Shown: positions 12,301 to 20,821, counted from the stretch's first letter. The stretch: 64,000 nucleotides of DNA from a virus (IMGVR_UViG_3300021400_000128:32001-96000); one strand, 5' to 3'. Numbers and translations are program-made. Notes: generated by a model not told the origin, from the sequence alone.

Positions 12301-14502
12301 AGATAACAATTCACCAAAGTTGATAAATTGACCGAGAATTGCAAAGCCTTCAACAAGTGCCGTGATAAATAAAGCAACACCGCCGACAATTCCAGAAAAA
12401 GATCCTAAACCAATACTGCCGATTGTAGAAAGGACAGTTCCTAATAATCCGCCAACCTCTGCTGCACCTGTAATCCCATTATATAGAAGGGTTACTGTGT
12501 TTACAACATCCATAAGCCCGCCAATAAGATTTAGCGCGCCCCAACCTAAAGCAATTCCACCAATGGCTTGTCCTATTTTCTCGATCCATCCCCAAACTTG
12601 TTCAATCGTTTGAACAATATTTTCAGGTAGGATATCTTTCATCACGTCTTTAATACCTTTAACAGCATCCGTGAAGACTTTTTGAACAACAGCACCGATA
12701 CCTTCAGTGTCAAATAATTCCTTCAAATTACCGATATAAGAAAAGGCACTTTTTATTGCATTTTTAATTGGTTGAATAAAATTCGTAACATCTGTAATAA
12801 TGGTTTGAATTTTTTCTTTAAAACCTTCCGGCAGTCCATCCCAGATTTTTTGAAGTGTAGGTTTGATATCAGCAACAAGGAGATCAAAAACACCTTTGAA
12901 TCCATTCGTCTGAAAGGCATTTTGTATATCAGTCCATTTTTGGGTAACAGCATTTTTGATTTCATCAAATACACCAGATACATCGGTTTTAATCTTTTCA
13001 AGAACTCCGCTGATTCTGCCTTTTTGAAATGCACTGATAAGACTTTGGATATACTGAATTACATCTTGAGTTTTATCTTGAATTTCAAATAGATTCTTAT
13101 TCCATGCCACACCAAAAGCAGCACCGAGCAATGTGAGCCTTGTTATAGGATTATTTAGTTTTCCGAGTATTCCAAAGAAACCAGATAATTTGTTTATGGC
13201 AAAAGCAGTAGCTAACGCAACACCTATTCCTTTTATTGCACTAATAATTTGATCTTTATATTCAAGAAATTTATCAAGATATCCTCTGATTTCTTTGATT
13301 TTTTCTATCCATTTATCAGCAAACTCTTCTCCGCCGATATCTGAAAGCATTGTTTTTACTGCACCAAGGTTCAGGCTTTTCCCGCTGAAAAAATCCTTCA
13401 GCATATTTATCGCCCGTGACATAGTACCGTTTTCAAGTGTCGCACCAATTTTCTGAAATGGTTCCAGAATACCTTGCGCCCATTTATTAATTCCTTCGCC
13501 CCATCGGGAAAAATCTCCGCCGGTCAGCATTTTCATTAGATATTCAACATAAGGAGCAAGTGTCTTTGATACGGTTTTAGATGTTTCAAGAAACAGATCG
13601 TTGATAGCACTGACTTTGATATCACCTAATGACGAGCGAAGTCCCTCAATCGTGCTTGCCATTGCATCAACAGCATTACCATAATTATCTAAAGCGAATG
13701 TATTGAGTGCATTGAAGAAATCTTCGGTAGATATCTTTCCTTCTGCAATAGCTTTATTGAAATCATTGTTATCTTTAATGAGAATATTGTATTTTTCAGA
13801 AAGGATCCCGAAGATTTGATTCATCTTATCCATTCCGAACCCGTTATTTGCAAATTGCCGCAAATCCATTGCTGTAATGCGTCCGGTTGCACCAGTTTGA
13901 GCCAGCGCAGCAGAGAATCTCTTCATTTCAGCTTGCCCCATACCAAGTCCGGCACCAAGAGCAAGGATAGCTTCTGTAGTCTTTTTTGCAGTCTCAACGG
14001 ATTGCCCCATGTTGGCATTTTGCTTGAAGGATTCCATAACCTCCATAAGCTCATATGGTGATTTCAAAGATAATTCCTTGAACCAATCCATGAGCTCTTT
14101 GGTTTTTACTTCTGCCTGTGCAGTTGCTTCCGTATAATCTTTAACTTGTCCCGTTTTAACCAAGTCGGAGGTAACAAGGCTCTTCATTCCCATCTCAAGG
14201 GATTGCATTCTTGCGGTGGTTGCATATATTTCATTACCAACTTGTTTGATTTTCCCGATTGCTTTTTCAAATCCTTCAGCAAGCACATTACCGGCAGCAA
14301 TGAGGCTGATCTCCTTTAATCCTGAGTGCAGTTCATTGACAGCATTAGATGTGCTTTTAATGGATTTCTCTGCGCTTCCAGTTGTTGAGAAAGCTTTATC
14401 AATTTGTGTAGCAGTAGATCGCACTTTAGCGGTGAGTTCGTCTAATGCTTTTTCAAATCGATTTGTACGCGCATCGATATCAATTACAACATTCTGTGCC
14501 AT
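6367..14502 (-). CDS. Tape measure protein (2711 aa)
   Basis: N-terminal tape-measure domain (LSLKSPYEL...TGRITAMDLRQF), hydrophobic segments, W/F periodic repeats, C-terminal AIVGEHGPELI motif. Confidence 0.95.
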   Translation of the reverse strand: MAQNVVIDIDARTNRFEKALDELTAKVRSTATQIDKAFSTTGSAEKSIKSTSNAVNELHSGLKEISLIAAGNVLAEGFEKAIGKIKQVGNEIYATTARMQSLEMGMKSLVTSDLVKTGQVKDYTEATAQAEVKTKELMDWFKELSLKSPYELMEVMESFKQNANMGQSVETAKKTTEAILALGAGLGMGQAEMKRFSAALAQTGATGRITAMDLRQFANNGFGMDKMNQIFGILSEKYNILIKDNNDFNKAIAEGKISTEDFFNALNTFALDNYGNAVDAMASTIEGLRSSLGDIKVSAINDLFLETSKTVSKTLAPYVEYLMKMLTGGDFSRWGEGINKWAQGILEPFQKIGATLENGTMSRAINMLKDFFSGKSLNLGAVKTMLSDIGGEEFADKWIEKIKEIRGYLDKFLEYKDQIISAIKGIGVALATAFAINKLSGFFGILGKLNNPITRLTLLGAAFGVAWNKNLFEIQDKTQDVIQYIQSLISAFQKGRISGVLEKIKTDVSGVFDEIKNAVTQKWTDIQNAFQTNGFKGVFDLLVADIKPTLQKIWDGLPEGFKEKIQTIITDVTNFIQPIKNAIKSAFSYIGNLKELFDTEGIGAVVQKVFTDAVKGIKDVMKDILPENIVQTIEQVWGWIEKIGQAIGGIALGWGALNLIGGLMDVVNTVTLLYNGITGAAEVGGLLGTVLSTIGSIGLGSFSGIVGGVALFITALVEGFAILGQFINFGELLSNVFGTIKNSIQGVVEGIITNVAPKFKELLETLAPAGVAIAAMVTWLGTIILGAVNGLFKAIDDILAAVIDAADLIVSIVRLPFDIIVSLGAFIIGVVTGDTEKIKWAWENLVGRLEHIWNKFGAFLEDLLNGIVDFFKGIWETICDVVNSVDISAGLEKIFGAEVAQKFKEIRDKVLGFIEEIRSAWQHMLGLLNGDVVVMSNGQEIRGKTYKAFEDEYGMDYLDKVHAANNLSYLDYFNTYTDPTTGLPTKSEKEIRKEYDSLQGVTDESLFEEFTQSILNDIQSAVEKYDPNMKKSAESRRDYADKYVASKYDYVAEDPYLQSKIDGLYEQLGLNTAAVESNTQSTETNTKAEEESSKSKDGKPRSTAAENEAESKALIEFTKSQESLLQKATESIEQEFKDSISSNKEYNEDAIDQLKNILTKSQDNEYASLDTIQKSVSNWLLDDSVGVGLDDKTEKAVMDALNSATDKETYLALLRDIIVTLETGNEQLLQSTNNLTDELKEQKSENVKTIDDIVSKHINSANEEKSGGLLSGLSSWIFGKKADDSFFKDTKDVDKETEQSLKQIIDQLDVLGQIKDLEEGNLTGDEFQEAKDTYSDILKEIGLSQKEINTVNDKLADQNTSQADLAALFQSIYDLVNGIKATLPKQHYDDTDTYYQMESQLRSFIETELPKSLNDLKNELNGQPLAHMDKWIESMKYWTDLSNTKNMTEEQYAKFIESAINHSHLPQDIQDAYINAISTNGVDKTFIADYISTTLIPAIEEAGLVAAGGKDGQAMAAPTFKDEWSEGMQKGFDSMYSDFLLSNSYAISKGTEGLDEAGIALWMEKNGFTEQAYYDSLGEQQNYMETLGPVLQQVMDTVGFNSDFFAQIENVGTKEAQDYVASFDKYNELVEEVKNKQITDSDIIADKLESIFSVMADDESAELLSQFVAESENPKWTALFFSLLSGELDELKEKIGQEKIAYIGGGGANPNGDKPTSSASYSGTRGARKEYADELLAEYQKALASGDQILTTHYSDMLQGLVESTLDGKGGVWAGVDWWHVFEDPGRKQQWLDNYLTLGTSQAKGWTMEERQAWNEKQHLEQRKAYEEELARLKELNPEEYERLSKEKKNNGLLGTLFGEDFDLSELFAQGLEGLSEFLNEDTIGAIQELFNIEIDAEKASSWHKMSTALSTLGTAMTGLRTGFGEDLTVPKRIFKILKEASELELNQENISAWKDFSSMLKDLGNSLKTITGMFGDSTANITGLDPNAMAVPASNKLGNDIYSLFESLKNISDLEVNTDNIQNWNDFGNTMSNIGSSISSFISSFGNDSETITKLFTALQTASNKELNSDQISNWRELGKVISSLGNAVSNLILGFGGDVKKFNKMKNALKNFADVELDVTKIENWDSMQKVIASLGNAVGLFQKNFGEDIDIVKQKFGVLKGVAETELNKANIQNWSDFADSMASLGASVGSMIQAFGTSETGGISTEFINLLTNLSNITIDKESADSWTTFGNAITTLSGAIATIQTALGEGGEGADSGAAITGILQTLQQMAQAELDENSIASWLVFATAMETLGSTVATIQAVLSEADDGGAAVTGIFTALHQLATAELNEEVIAQWMNFANALQIIGDVITQLNALMGEGSALSANSEDGGMGGIFGLLFGGLDVESILALLSMFSPELLEGLIAFLTTEFDSNIIDSWTALGNALQIMANAISTIMIVLTGGELGEDGELGTLGEEEVGATLIAGLEEFAKAAEAQAPIIDSNLNPVLQKMADSMTTTVQKFNELAEFWLGSRWQEAIKKFIVLGSAAEAKTRALEGAAHDAETAFLAWADAIWAVINALMVLASMDGGGGGGSKGGGGGSKKYVPSTAAAGGTHNFRYGTAIVGEHGPELITNNTSQAWQVFSNNTLMDEIARTRHSLNLLSNSAEFVSYNRILGSSGGGTITNDNSQNINTTFGTIVGDDAFRAMVEDELTSVVRRELWLAR

Positions 14503-14531
14503 GATCGCTTTCCTTTCACTGGAATTTCGAC

Positions 14532-14605
14532 TTAAAGAAAAAGAAGACAGTCACTATTATTGACTGCCTTCTTAGGGTCTTTTTGTCACTAAATCTATTA
14601 TAACA
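14532..14605 (-). promoter_or_regulatory. Late-leader element 1, upstream of TMP
   Basis: TGTTATAAT, then AGACCCTAAGAAGGCAGTCA-ataatag-TGACTGTCTTCT-TTTTCTTT. Confidence 0.85.
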
Positions 14606-14743
14606 TACTTAGTTATTCTCTTTATGTTTTGATTTCAACGTCATATATAACTTATTCTTTAGCGTTTACTATTTTAAATATCACAATGTTGTTCTATTTA
14701 CACTTTCCCTGTGCTTGATATAATTGAATTGCTGGAGGATAAT

Positions 14744-15241
14744 ATGAAAAAATACACATTACTTTTTGTTTTATTTATGTTGTTGATATCGGTAAGAATA
14801 GGATTTTGTCAGACTTGTGATTGTGAAGTTTTACAAAATGAAATCGACAATCTTAATATGCAAATTGACATATTGAAAGGTTATCGTTTTCAATTTGAAA
14901 ACGATAACCTTATTTCTTTTGGTGATTATGAAATATTATTTAAAGATATATATACATTAGAAGATAAAGATGATAAATATTTATCTATATTCATTCAGTA
15001 TTATAACAATTCCAATAAATCGAATAATTTTGAAAATTCAATTGGTTATAGATTTTTTGAAAATGGAATTGAATTAGATGTTGCATCTAAGCGTACAGAT
15101 AGATATATAAAGCCTGGAGCAAATATTCATATAAATTTAGTTTATAAATTACATTCTTCAAATGGAGTTATAGAATGTGATTTGTGGTCATTAGATAATC
15201 CTGATATTGTTCATTCCAGTGTTATTTATAATCTTGAATAA
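14744..15241 (+). CDS. Exported/membrane-anchored protein with an Ig-like (DUF5067/DUF4352-type) domain; moron
   Basis: Only credible plus-strand gene. Own TATAAT and GGAGG, signal peptide MKKYTLLFVLFMLLISVRIGFC, FENGIEL...IKPGA motif, very AT-rich. Confidence 0.65.
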   Translation: MKKYTLLFVLFMLLISVRIGFCQTCDCEVLQNEIDNLNMQIDILKGYRFQFENDNLISFGDYEILFKDIYTLEDKDDKYLSIFIQYYNNSNKSNNFENSIGYRFFENGIELDVASKRTDRYIKPGANIHINLVYKLHSSNGVIECDLWSLDNPDIVHSSVIYNLE

Positions 15242-15289
15242 ATCCGGATCATGCTTATGCCGGTGTAATTTACAAGTTCAAATTATCAA

Positions 15290-15310
15290 ATAGCCGGGTA
15301 TCCCGGCTAT
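15290..15310. terminator. Hairpin between convergent genes
   Basis: ATAGCCGGG-tat-CCCGGCTAT. Confidence 0.7.
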
Positions 15311-15318
15311 AATTTTGT

Positions 15319-15555
15319 CTATTCCCTTTTTTGATACAAATCCCATTCCGTCAGTGTCTCTTCATCATCCAGAATATCGGTTAACTTACATCCGAGCACG
15401 TTGCACAGCTTTAGCAGGATCGAAAATTCCGCCTTGTTGAGGTTGCGCCATCCCTGCTCGTAAGACCTGATTGTCTGAGTGTTGACACCTATCAGTTCCG
15501 CGATATCACTTTGCGTTAACGCTTTAGCTTTGCGTATTTCTTTCAATTTTGACAT
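15319..15555 (-). CDS. XRE-family helix-turn-helix regulator
   Basis: LKEIRKAKALTQSDIAELIGVNTQTIRSYEQG. Confidence 0.9.
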   Translation of the reverse strand: MSKLKEIRKAKALTQSDIAELIGVNTQTIRSYEQGWRNLNKAEFSILLKLCNVLGCKLTDILDDEETLTEWDLYQKRE

Positions 15556-15623
15556 TGTTGTGTTATAATTTTTTCATGAGCAGGGGATTGGGATTTTTCA
15601 ATCCCGCACCCCTATATTCTAAC

Positions 15624-15710
15624 TTAGCAAGCCGTCCGTGTGATTATCAGTGCCACTAACACCGCAATCAACAGGGCGGTTACTATTTTATATAATAGTT
15701 TTCTGCTCAT
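15624..15710 (-). CDS. 28-aa hydrophobic peptide MSRKLLYKIVTALLIAVLVALIITRTAC
   Basis: Manual translation. GAGAGGG RBS, downstream of a consensus promoter and followed by a hairpin. Confidence 0.6.
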   Translation of the reverse strand: MSRKLLYKIVTALLIAVLVALIITRTAC

Positions 15711-15801
15711 GATGTCAAAGTACCCTCTCTCTGAATCTAACCTCGCCTGAACGTTAGATATCTTCGATTCAGTATTTCGAATGTTTCCAATCGATACAAT
15801 A

Positions 15802-15829
15802 ATTATATCACTTAAGTTATATTTGTCAA
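15802..15829 (-). promoter_or_regulatory. Sigma-A promoter
   Basis: TTGACA-N16-TATAAT with TG extension. Confidence 0.75.
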
Positions 15830-15880
15830 TGAAATAATGGATTATTTGGAGAGTTTTGTACTAATTTGTAACTATAAATA

Positions 15881-15910
15881 AAAATAAGCCCGTTTAGACG
15901 GGTTTATTTT
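15881..15910 (-). terminator. Intrinsic terminator after the TA pair
   Basis: AAAATAAGCCCGT-ttag-ACGGGTTTATTTT, with A/T tracts on both sides. Confidence 0.75.
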
Positions 15911-15919
15911 TATAGATTT

Positions 15920-16348
15920 TTAGGTATGCCTTTTTTCAACAGGATAAATCTGATGATTCGGGTCTATCCACAAAACTTGAAGTAACGATTCTATTTTTAT
16001 ACACCAAATTCGATATGCAGCATTAACACGAAAAGACCATAGTTCATCTATATCGTCTAAATTGATTTGTGCAATACGTTTTTGTGCGAATTTTGCAAGC
16101 CGATTTACTGCAATCGGATGATCTCTTTTTGAATCTGCTGTGAGTTCTTTCCACCCTCGAAATTCCGTTGACTTTAACATGTCTGCAACATCAGAGAATT
16201 GTAGATCACTTCTCAAACCGGATGGATATTCAATATCAGAATCAAAATATGCAAAACTCCAGAATACCTTATTTTTATCAAAAGACGAACCATTATCTTT
16301 GGGTATTTTTTCTTGTTGCTTATTTGGAAGATTCTTAGCTTTTTTCAT
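15920..16348 (-). CDS. Putative RelE/ParE-like toxin paired with Panacea
   Basis: LWSFRV...YRIWCI...LQVLWIDPNHQIYP C-terminus; directly after a SocA gene. Confidence 0.6.
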   Translation of the reverse strand: MKKAKNLPNKQQEKIPKDNGSSFDKNKVFWSFAYFDSDIEYPSGLRSDLQFSDVADMLKSTEFRGWKELTADSKRDHPIAVNRLAKFAQKRIAQINLDDIDELWSFRVNAAYRIWCIKIESLLQVLWIDPNHQIYPVEKRHT

Positions 16349-16351
16349 ACG

Positions 16352-16807
16352 TCAATCAAGTAAACTAATTGCACTATAATAATCAGCCATCGAATCCCAT
16401 GATATTTCCTTGTTTCCTCGTTCTGCTGGTGCTAAACCTATCCGCGCAATTCTCCAAGGGTCTTCAGAATGAGATAAATCAATCAACCATTGTGAAGATT
16501 TATCTCCGTAATGTTCAAGAACAGCATCAATAGTCTCTCGTCCAATGGCATCGATATTTTCAATATTTCCATCGAATGTATCTTCTTTTACATAATACAT
16601 ACCGCGATGTTTATAAAAAAGTGCAGGAATAACAGGCCCATTTGCCCATGCTTCGATGCGTTCTTGAAATAGTGGACGATCGTCCCATACAAGAGACCAT
16701 GCTTGACAATAATACGCTAATTTTTCGAGTTTCATAGCAGTTATCTCACCAAGCTTATTTAATATATATTTTGCCACATCAAATACCGTTGCTTTCGATT
16801 GTTCCAT
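16352..16807 (-). CDS. Panacea (SocA/DUF4065) antitoxin
   Basis: DVAKYIL...MKLEKLAYYCQAWSL...LF...IEAWANGPV...LSHSEDPW. Confidence 0.9.
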   Translation of the reverse strand: MEQSKATVFDVAKYILNKLGEITAMKLEKLAYYCQAWSLVWDDRPLFQERIEAWANGPVIPALFYKHRGMYYVKEDTFDGNIENIDAIGRETIDAVLEHYGDKSSQWLIDLSHSEDPWRIARIGLAPAERGNKEISWDSMADYYSAISLLD

Positions 16808-16943
16808 TGTACACCTACCCACAACATATTTTATATTTCAACTGTTATTATATACAGAATTCATTTGTTTTTTATAGGTAGATTGTAAAAACTATAAACA
16901 AATGTAATAACTTAATAAAATAAAGGACTCGTTATTAAGTCCT

Positions 16944-17246
16944 TTATTTCCTTTTGTACCATTTGTGCCAGTTCTGGATCTCCTTTGCTTCGTCATATTC
17001 ACCGCGTCTGTAGCCATGGAATCCGCGCCTTGCTTTTCGGATATACAGATACTCTTTCAGCGTGAAAATGCTGTACATATCACAGATATCATACGTCTGA
17101 AAGAAACGCTTATGCGCAGCAGGAGCGAGAGTATCATCAAGTTCCATCCGGTCAATTTTGTGCCGAAACATCCTTTTTGCTTTCCGCTTATCTTCTTTGT
17201 GCTTTCGATCACCGCAGTACGGCGTTTTCTTGTATGACCTGCTCAT
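16944..17246 (-). CDS. Basic hypothetical phage protein (MSRSYKKTP family)
   Basis: ORF with GAGG RBS, followed by a hairpin at about 16922-16945. Confidence 0.7.
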   Translation of the reverse strand: MSRSYKKTPYCGDRKHKEDKRKAKRMFRHKIDRMELDDTLAPAAHKRFFQTYDICDMYSIFTLKEYLYIRKARRGFHGYRRGEYDEAKEIQNWHKWYKRK

Positions 17247-17304
17247 AGTATCCTCTCTGATTAATTATAACAGGATGCTTACAATGTTTGCGTCTATCGT
17301 TTCG

Positions 17305-17823
17305 TCAACAATTCACTTTATTAGCTTTCCTTGCTTTTTTCATCAAATTACGTGATGGTCTGTAGCCTTTTTCTCTGCAAACATCCAAAATTATCTTAGC
17401 TTCTGCGGGTAAGGTTCCTTCTCTGATGCCGATAGAGCCATGTGTTACAAAAATACTTTGATTATCTTCACTTATATTTAGATCGTGGCATATCTCATGA
17501 TACGTCATTTGTACACTCATACCGTTTTTGATAATTGTATAAGTTCCTCTATGCCGTTTTTTGACAGAAAAAGTACCAGCTAATTTTCTGTAGTAAACCT
17601 GAAGCTGCATTTTTTTGTACTTGTATTGATATAATGGGAAATCTTCCGGGCTTACCAACATTTTTCCATCTTCGGTGAATATTCCCTTGCCGGTTTCATC
17701 TGTGTGACATTTTTGTTTTGACAGGATTCTTATACCAAGATCTAATTGTTCATATTTAATCAACGTCCAGCTGTATATAGAACCTTCTTCTTTAAAATCA
17801 TTTATTACGTATTTTATATTCAT
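17305..17823 (-). CDS. Hypothetical protein
   Basis: ORF in the minus-strand operon. Confidence 0.6.
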   Translation of the reverse strand: MNIKYVINDFKEEGSIYSWTLIKYEQLDLGIRILSKQKCHTDETGKGIFTEDGKMLVSPEDFPLYQYKYKKMQLQVYYRKLAGTFSVKKRHRGTYTIIKNGMSVQMTYHEICHDLNISEDNQSIFVTHGSIGIREGTLPAEAKIILDVCREKGYRPSRNLMKKARKANKVNC

Positions 17824-17850
17824 GTTATTCTTTTTTGATGTGTTCTCTGT

Positions 17851-18204
17851 TCAACAATCGCTAATCAAATCCAGATCCGCTCCACGATAATCAACAAAAA
17901 CACCATTTGCCGATAAAACTTCTCTATTCGCTTTGATGAAACTCACAAAGCGAATAGCAGATTCATAAGCATCCCGTATATCCTGAATTTCCCAACCGTT
18001 GAATAAATTATCACCTGGCTCCTCTTCGCCGTTTTCAATTTTTTGGTTGTTTTTTTCTATCGTTTCATAAGCTGATTTAGTCCACGCTGCAACATTGGAT
18101 AACGCAGAGAGCATCATTCTCCTCCGTTTGTCAACTTTGTGGTAGTTGTGTATTTTACGGATTTCTTCTTCATCACGAGCGAAACCAAATTCATCCACTA
18201 TCAT
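17851..18204 (-). CDS. Hypothetical protein
   Basis: ORF tightly packed in the operon. Confidence 0.65.
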   Translation of the reverse strand: MIVDEFGFARDEEEIRKIHNYHKVDKRRRMMLSALSNVAAWTKSAYETIEKNNQKIENGEEEPGDNLFNGWEIQDIRDAYESAIRFVSFIKANREVLSANGVFVDYRGADLDLISDC

Positions 18205-18205
18205 C

Positions 18206-18820
18206 TCATTTCCCTTCTTTCAAAATATCAAGAGCCCATTCATATGCTTCAGCCGTTACACGATCCGGGATATACCCTTCACCACCTTCATTAACCACAT
18301 TGTTCAAATTTTCTTGCCAGAGTTTCACTTCTTTTTCTGTCAGCAATTTTCCGTTCATTGCAATTTCTTTTTCAGCTTTCGCAATGATGGATTTTGCAGC
18401 CCTGATATGGGACGCTTTGTTTTCCGCTTCGTCTTTTGCAATTACTTCTGCTATCTCTTCTGTCTGACCTTCAGCGATAACTTCTTCAAAAAATTTTTCA
18501 ACATTTGTAATAATTTCAGGATCGGTCAGTACAACATTTAGTCCTTCGATTTTTTTGCTTCCTTCCGGGAATACTTCTTTTGACCCAGTTTGAAACAATC
18601 TCCGATATTCACGTGCACTCCAAAGCTTCAGTCCGCAGCCGATGTTTTCTTCATGTTTCACACCGTCAACAAAAATCGCAATGTAATTGTGATTTACTAA
18701 TCTTTTTCCAATGGTGACAATATAACCATCAGAATCTATTGTTTCATCTTGAAGAAAGACATTGTATTCTGCTTCGATTTTGTATTGATGCCCATTTTTC
18801 GTCCATTCAAATGTTTTCAT
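18206..18820 (-). CDS. Hypothetical protein
   Basis: GAGGTG RBS before MKTFEW; C-terminal NEGGEGYIP. Confidence 0.7.
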   Translation of the reverse strand: MKTFEWTKNGHQYKIEAEYNVFLQDETIDSDGYIVTIGKRLVNHNYIAIFVDGVKHEENIGCGLKLWSAREYRRLFQTGSKEVFPEGSKKIEGLNVVLTDPEIITNVEKFFEEVIAEGQTEEIAEVIAKDEAENKASHIRAAKSIIAKAEKEIAMNGKLLTEKEVKLWQENLNNVVNEGGEGYIPDRVTAEAYEWALDILKEGK

Positions 18821-18896
18821 ATTATCACCTCGTTCCATCAGCTATCTTTAATTATTCACAAATGCGGTCATTTGCAAAGTGTATTCGTCAAATTAC

Positions 18897-19325
18897 TCAC
18901 CAATTAAGAACTAAACTCCGCTCCGGGGTGAATCCCTGATCGATAATGTTCTGCGTCCAGGTTTGCAAGAATTGATCGCCATCATGGAGCCAAGTGGACA
19001 AATAGCTGATTCTGCCGTTCTGGTTTCTGAAATACTCAACATTCATTCCCATGTAATCATTTCTGAAAGACAGAGGAAGAATCGATTTTTCAGCTTCGTT
19101 GACACTAAATGTTATTTCAGGATCACGCATTGCATCGCCATTCATTTCACCATAATGAGCAATGCTGTACACAGGGTTTCCCTCAAAGTCGTTGTAGCCG
19201 ATGTTTTCAATTACCAGATCCATGTACCCGTTTGCCGTGAATTTAGCATATCCGCCGTTTTCATTGACCTTTTCGATGAAAGGAATCAGTCTTTTATAAT
19301 TGGTTTTGCCACTCTTGATTTTCAT
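18897..19325 (-). CDS. DUF6908/DUF1249-like protein
   Basis: GYMDLVIE...SIAHYGEMNGDAMRDPEI...WTQNIIDQGF. Confidence 0.7.
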   Translation of the reverse strand: MKIKSGKTNYKRLIPFIEKVNENGGYAKFTANGYMDLVIENIGYNDFEGNPVYSIAHYGEMNGDAMRDPEITFSVNEAEKSILPLSFRNDYMGMNVEYFRNQNGRISYLSTWLHDGDQFLQTWTQNIIDQGFTPERSLVLNW

Positions 19326-19469
19326 GATTACTCCTTTTCTTCTTGACTGTAATGTACTGACAGCGATTCTTTTTTACATCAATCGACTTAATTCATCAGT
19401 GGTCAAAATTCCATAATTGTATTTGCATTTAAATTCAGCCTTGAACCGAACTTATTAGCAACAGAAAAG

Positions 19470-20510
19470 TCATATTTTTTTTACTTCTTCTTTTCCTTCA
19501 ACGACCTCTCGGTTTACCATTTCGACAAATTTTTCTATCTCTTTGTAATCCGGTTTTTCCGGCAGGTCAGATTTCTTCGCTGCCTTATTCATGTTTGAGT
19601 CAAGCTCATTCACCATCTCAAAGAACTCTGGAATAAGCAGTCCTTTTTCGTTCATATACTTCCCGTTACGGATATCCATCAATAAGTCATGGTCAGCTAC
19701 CCTGTGAGTGTGCATTGTGCCCGTTTCAAACAGTTCAGTACACATCTTCAGCAGTCTGACAAGGTGCATAGCATGCTTGTTGACCTTGTTATGAGTAATT
19801 GCATCTGCTGCGCGGCGGCCAATCTTACTGTAGTCCTTTACGATGTTGTTCATCTCGGACCACATACACTTGTAATCCCGCAGCGGATAATGATGCAGGT
19901 TGACGTCCATAAAAATCTCAGTTGACATACCATCTTGTACGGCTTTATCGACGTACAGTCTGATTGCGTCTTCCGGATAGTCAAAGAACTTCTCGTGGAA
20001 GGAAAACTCTGCGTTCTGAACCGAACGAAGGATGTGAACTTCCTGCTGTTCCTGATCAAGCGTGCGTGCTGTTTTGTTGTCCAGGCGTGATAACTGTGAT
20101 CGCGCATATCCACCGAAAGTATGGAGAATTCGCTTTGAGATAAACATGTTCCTTTTCCGCAACAGCATTACACCGATCCGGTTTGCAATGATATATTGAT
20201 CAGGATCAAGGAACAATAACTCAAGCACATTTGGGTTTGCTTCGGTAAGCAGCTTGACAACTTTATTGAACGAATAAATCACAGTGTCAGTCTGATTGTC
20301 AACAACTTGCTCAAAAGGCTTCCCCAGCAGGATTTCGGACGCAGAATTCAATGCGATACCCCTGATGTCAATGTCTGAGCCTTCGACATTTGTACCGTAG
20401 GCATAAGATCCACCGGGACACAGAAGGATAATGTTATCCCCAAGCGGTTCTGCTTTAAGGAAGTCGTATTCTTTTTGCTGTAAAAGTTTTTCGAAATTTT
20501 CTTTATACAT
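19470..20510 (-). CDS. Pol-beta superfamily nucleotidyltransferase (RlaP/YcgL-like)
   Basis: GGSYAYGTN..SDIDIRG, NPNVLELL, KHAMHLVRLL. Confidence 0.85.
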   Translation of the reverse strand: MYKENFEKLLQQKEYDFLKAEPLGDNIILLCPGGSYAYGTNVEGSDIDIRGIALNSASEILLGKPFEQVVDNQTDTVIYSFNKVVKLLTEANPNVLELLFLDPDQYIIANRIGVMLLRKRNMFISKRILHTFGGYARSQLSRLDNKTARTLDQEQQEVHILRSVQNAEFSFHEKFFDYPEDAIRLYVDKAVQDGMSTEIFMDVNLHHYPLRDYKCMWSEMNNIVKDYSKIGRRAADAITHNKVNKHAMHLVRLLKMCTELFETGTMHTHRVADHDLLMDIRNGKYMNEKGLLIPEFFEMVNELDSNMNKAAKKSDLPEKPDYKEIEKFVEMVNREVVEGKEEVKKI

Positions 20511-20524
20511 ATTACTCCTTTCGG

Positions 20525-20821
20525 TTATAGAACAAGTCTGCTGCTGCCACCGGAAATTTCATCGACCACATCCCAGTCTGTCAACGTAGATTCTGGAATC
20601 GTCTTGCCTTTTCCTGCTGCATCGTTAATAGTTTCAAAATAGAGAAAGATTTCTCCTTTTACATTTTGAGTGAAAAACCTTTTGATACGAATTCCGTTCA
20701 GTTTTTTATCTTTATCAATTGTTCGCAGCATCATAGCCATTTTTCTTCTCCTTATTCTTCTTTTTTGCAAATCAAAAGAGCCTCTTTTGGCAAAGACTCT
20801 TTTGATTAAATGGTTAAACAA
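20525..20821 (-). CDS. Hypothetical protein; start uncertain
   Basis: ORF whose 3' end is duplicated at 20887-20943. Confidence 0.45.
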   Translation of the reverse strand: MFNHLIKRVFAKRGSFDLQKRRIRRRKMAMMLRTIDKDKKLNGIRIKRFFTQNVKGEIFLYFETINDAAGKGKTIPESTLTDWDVVDEISGGSSRLVL

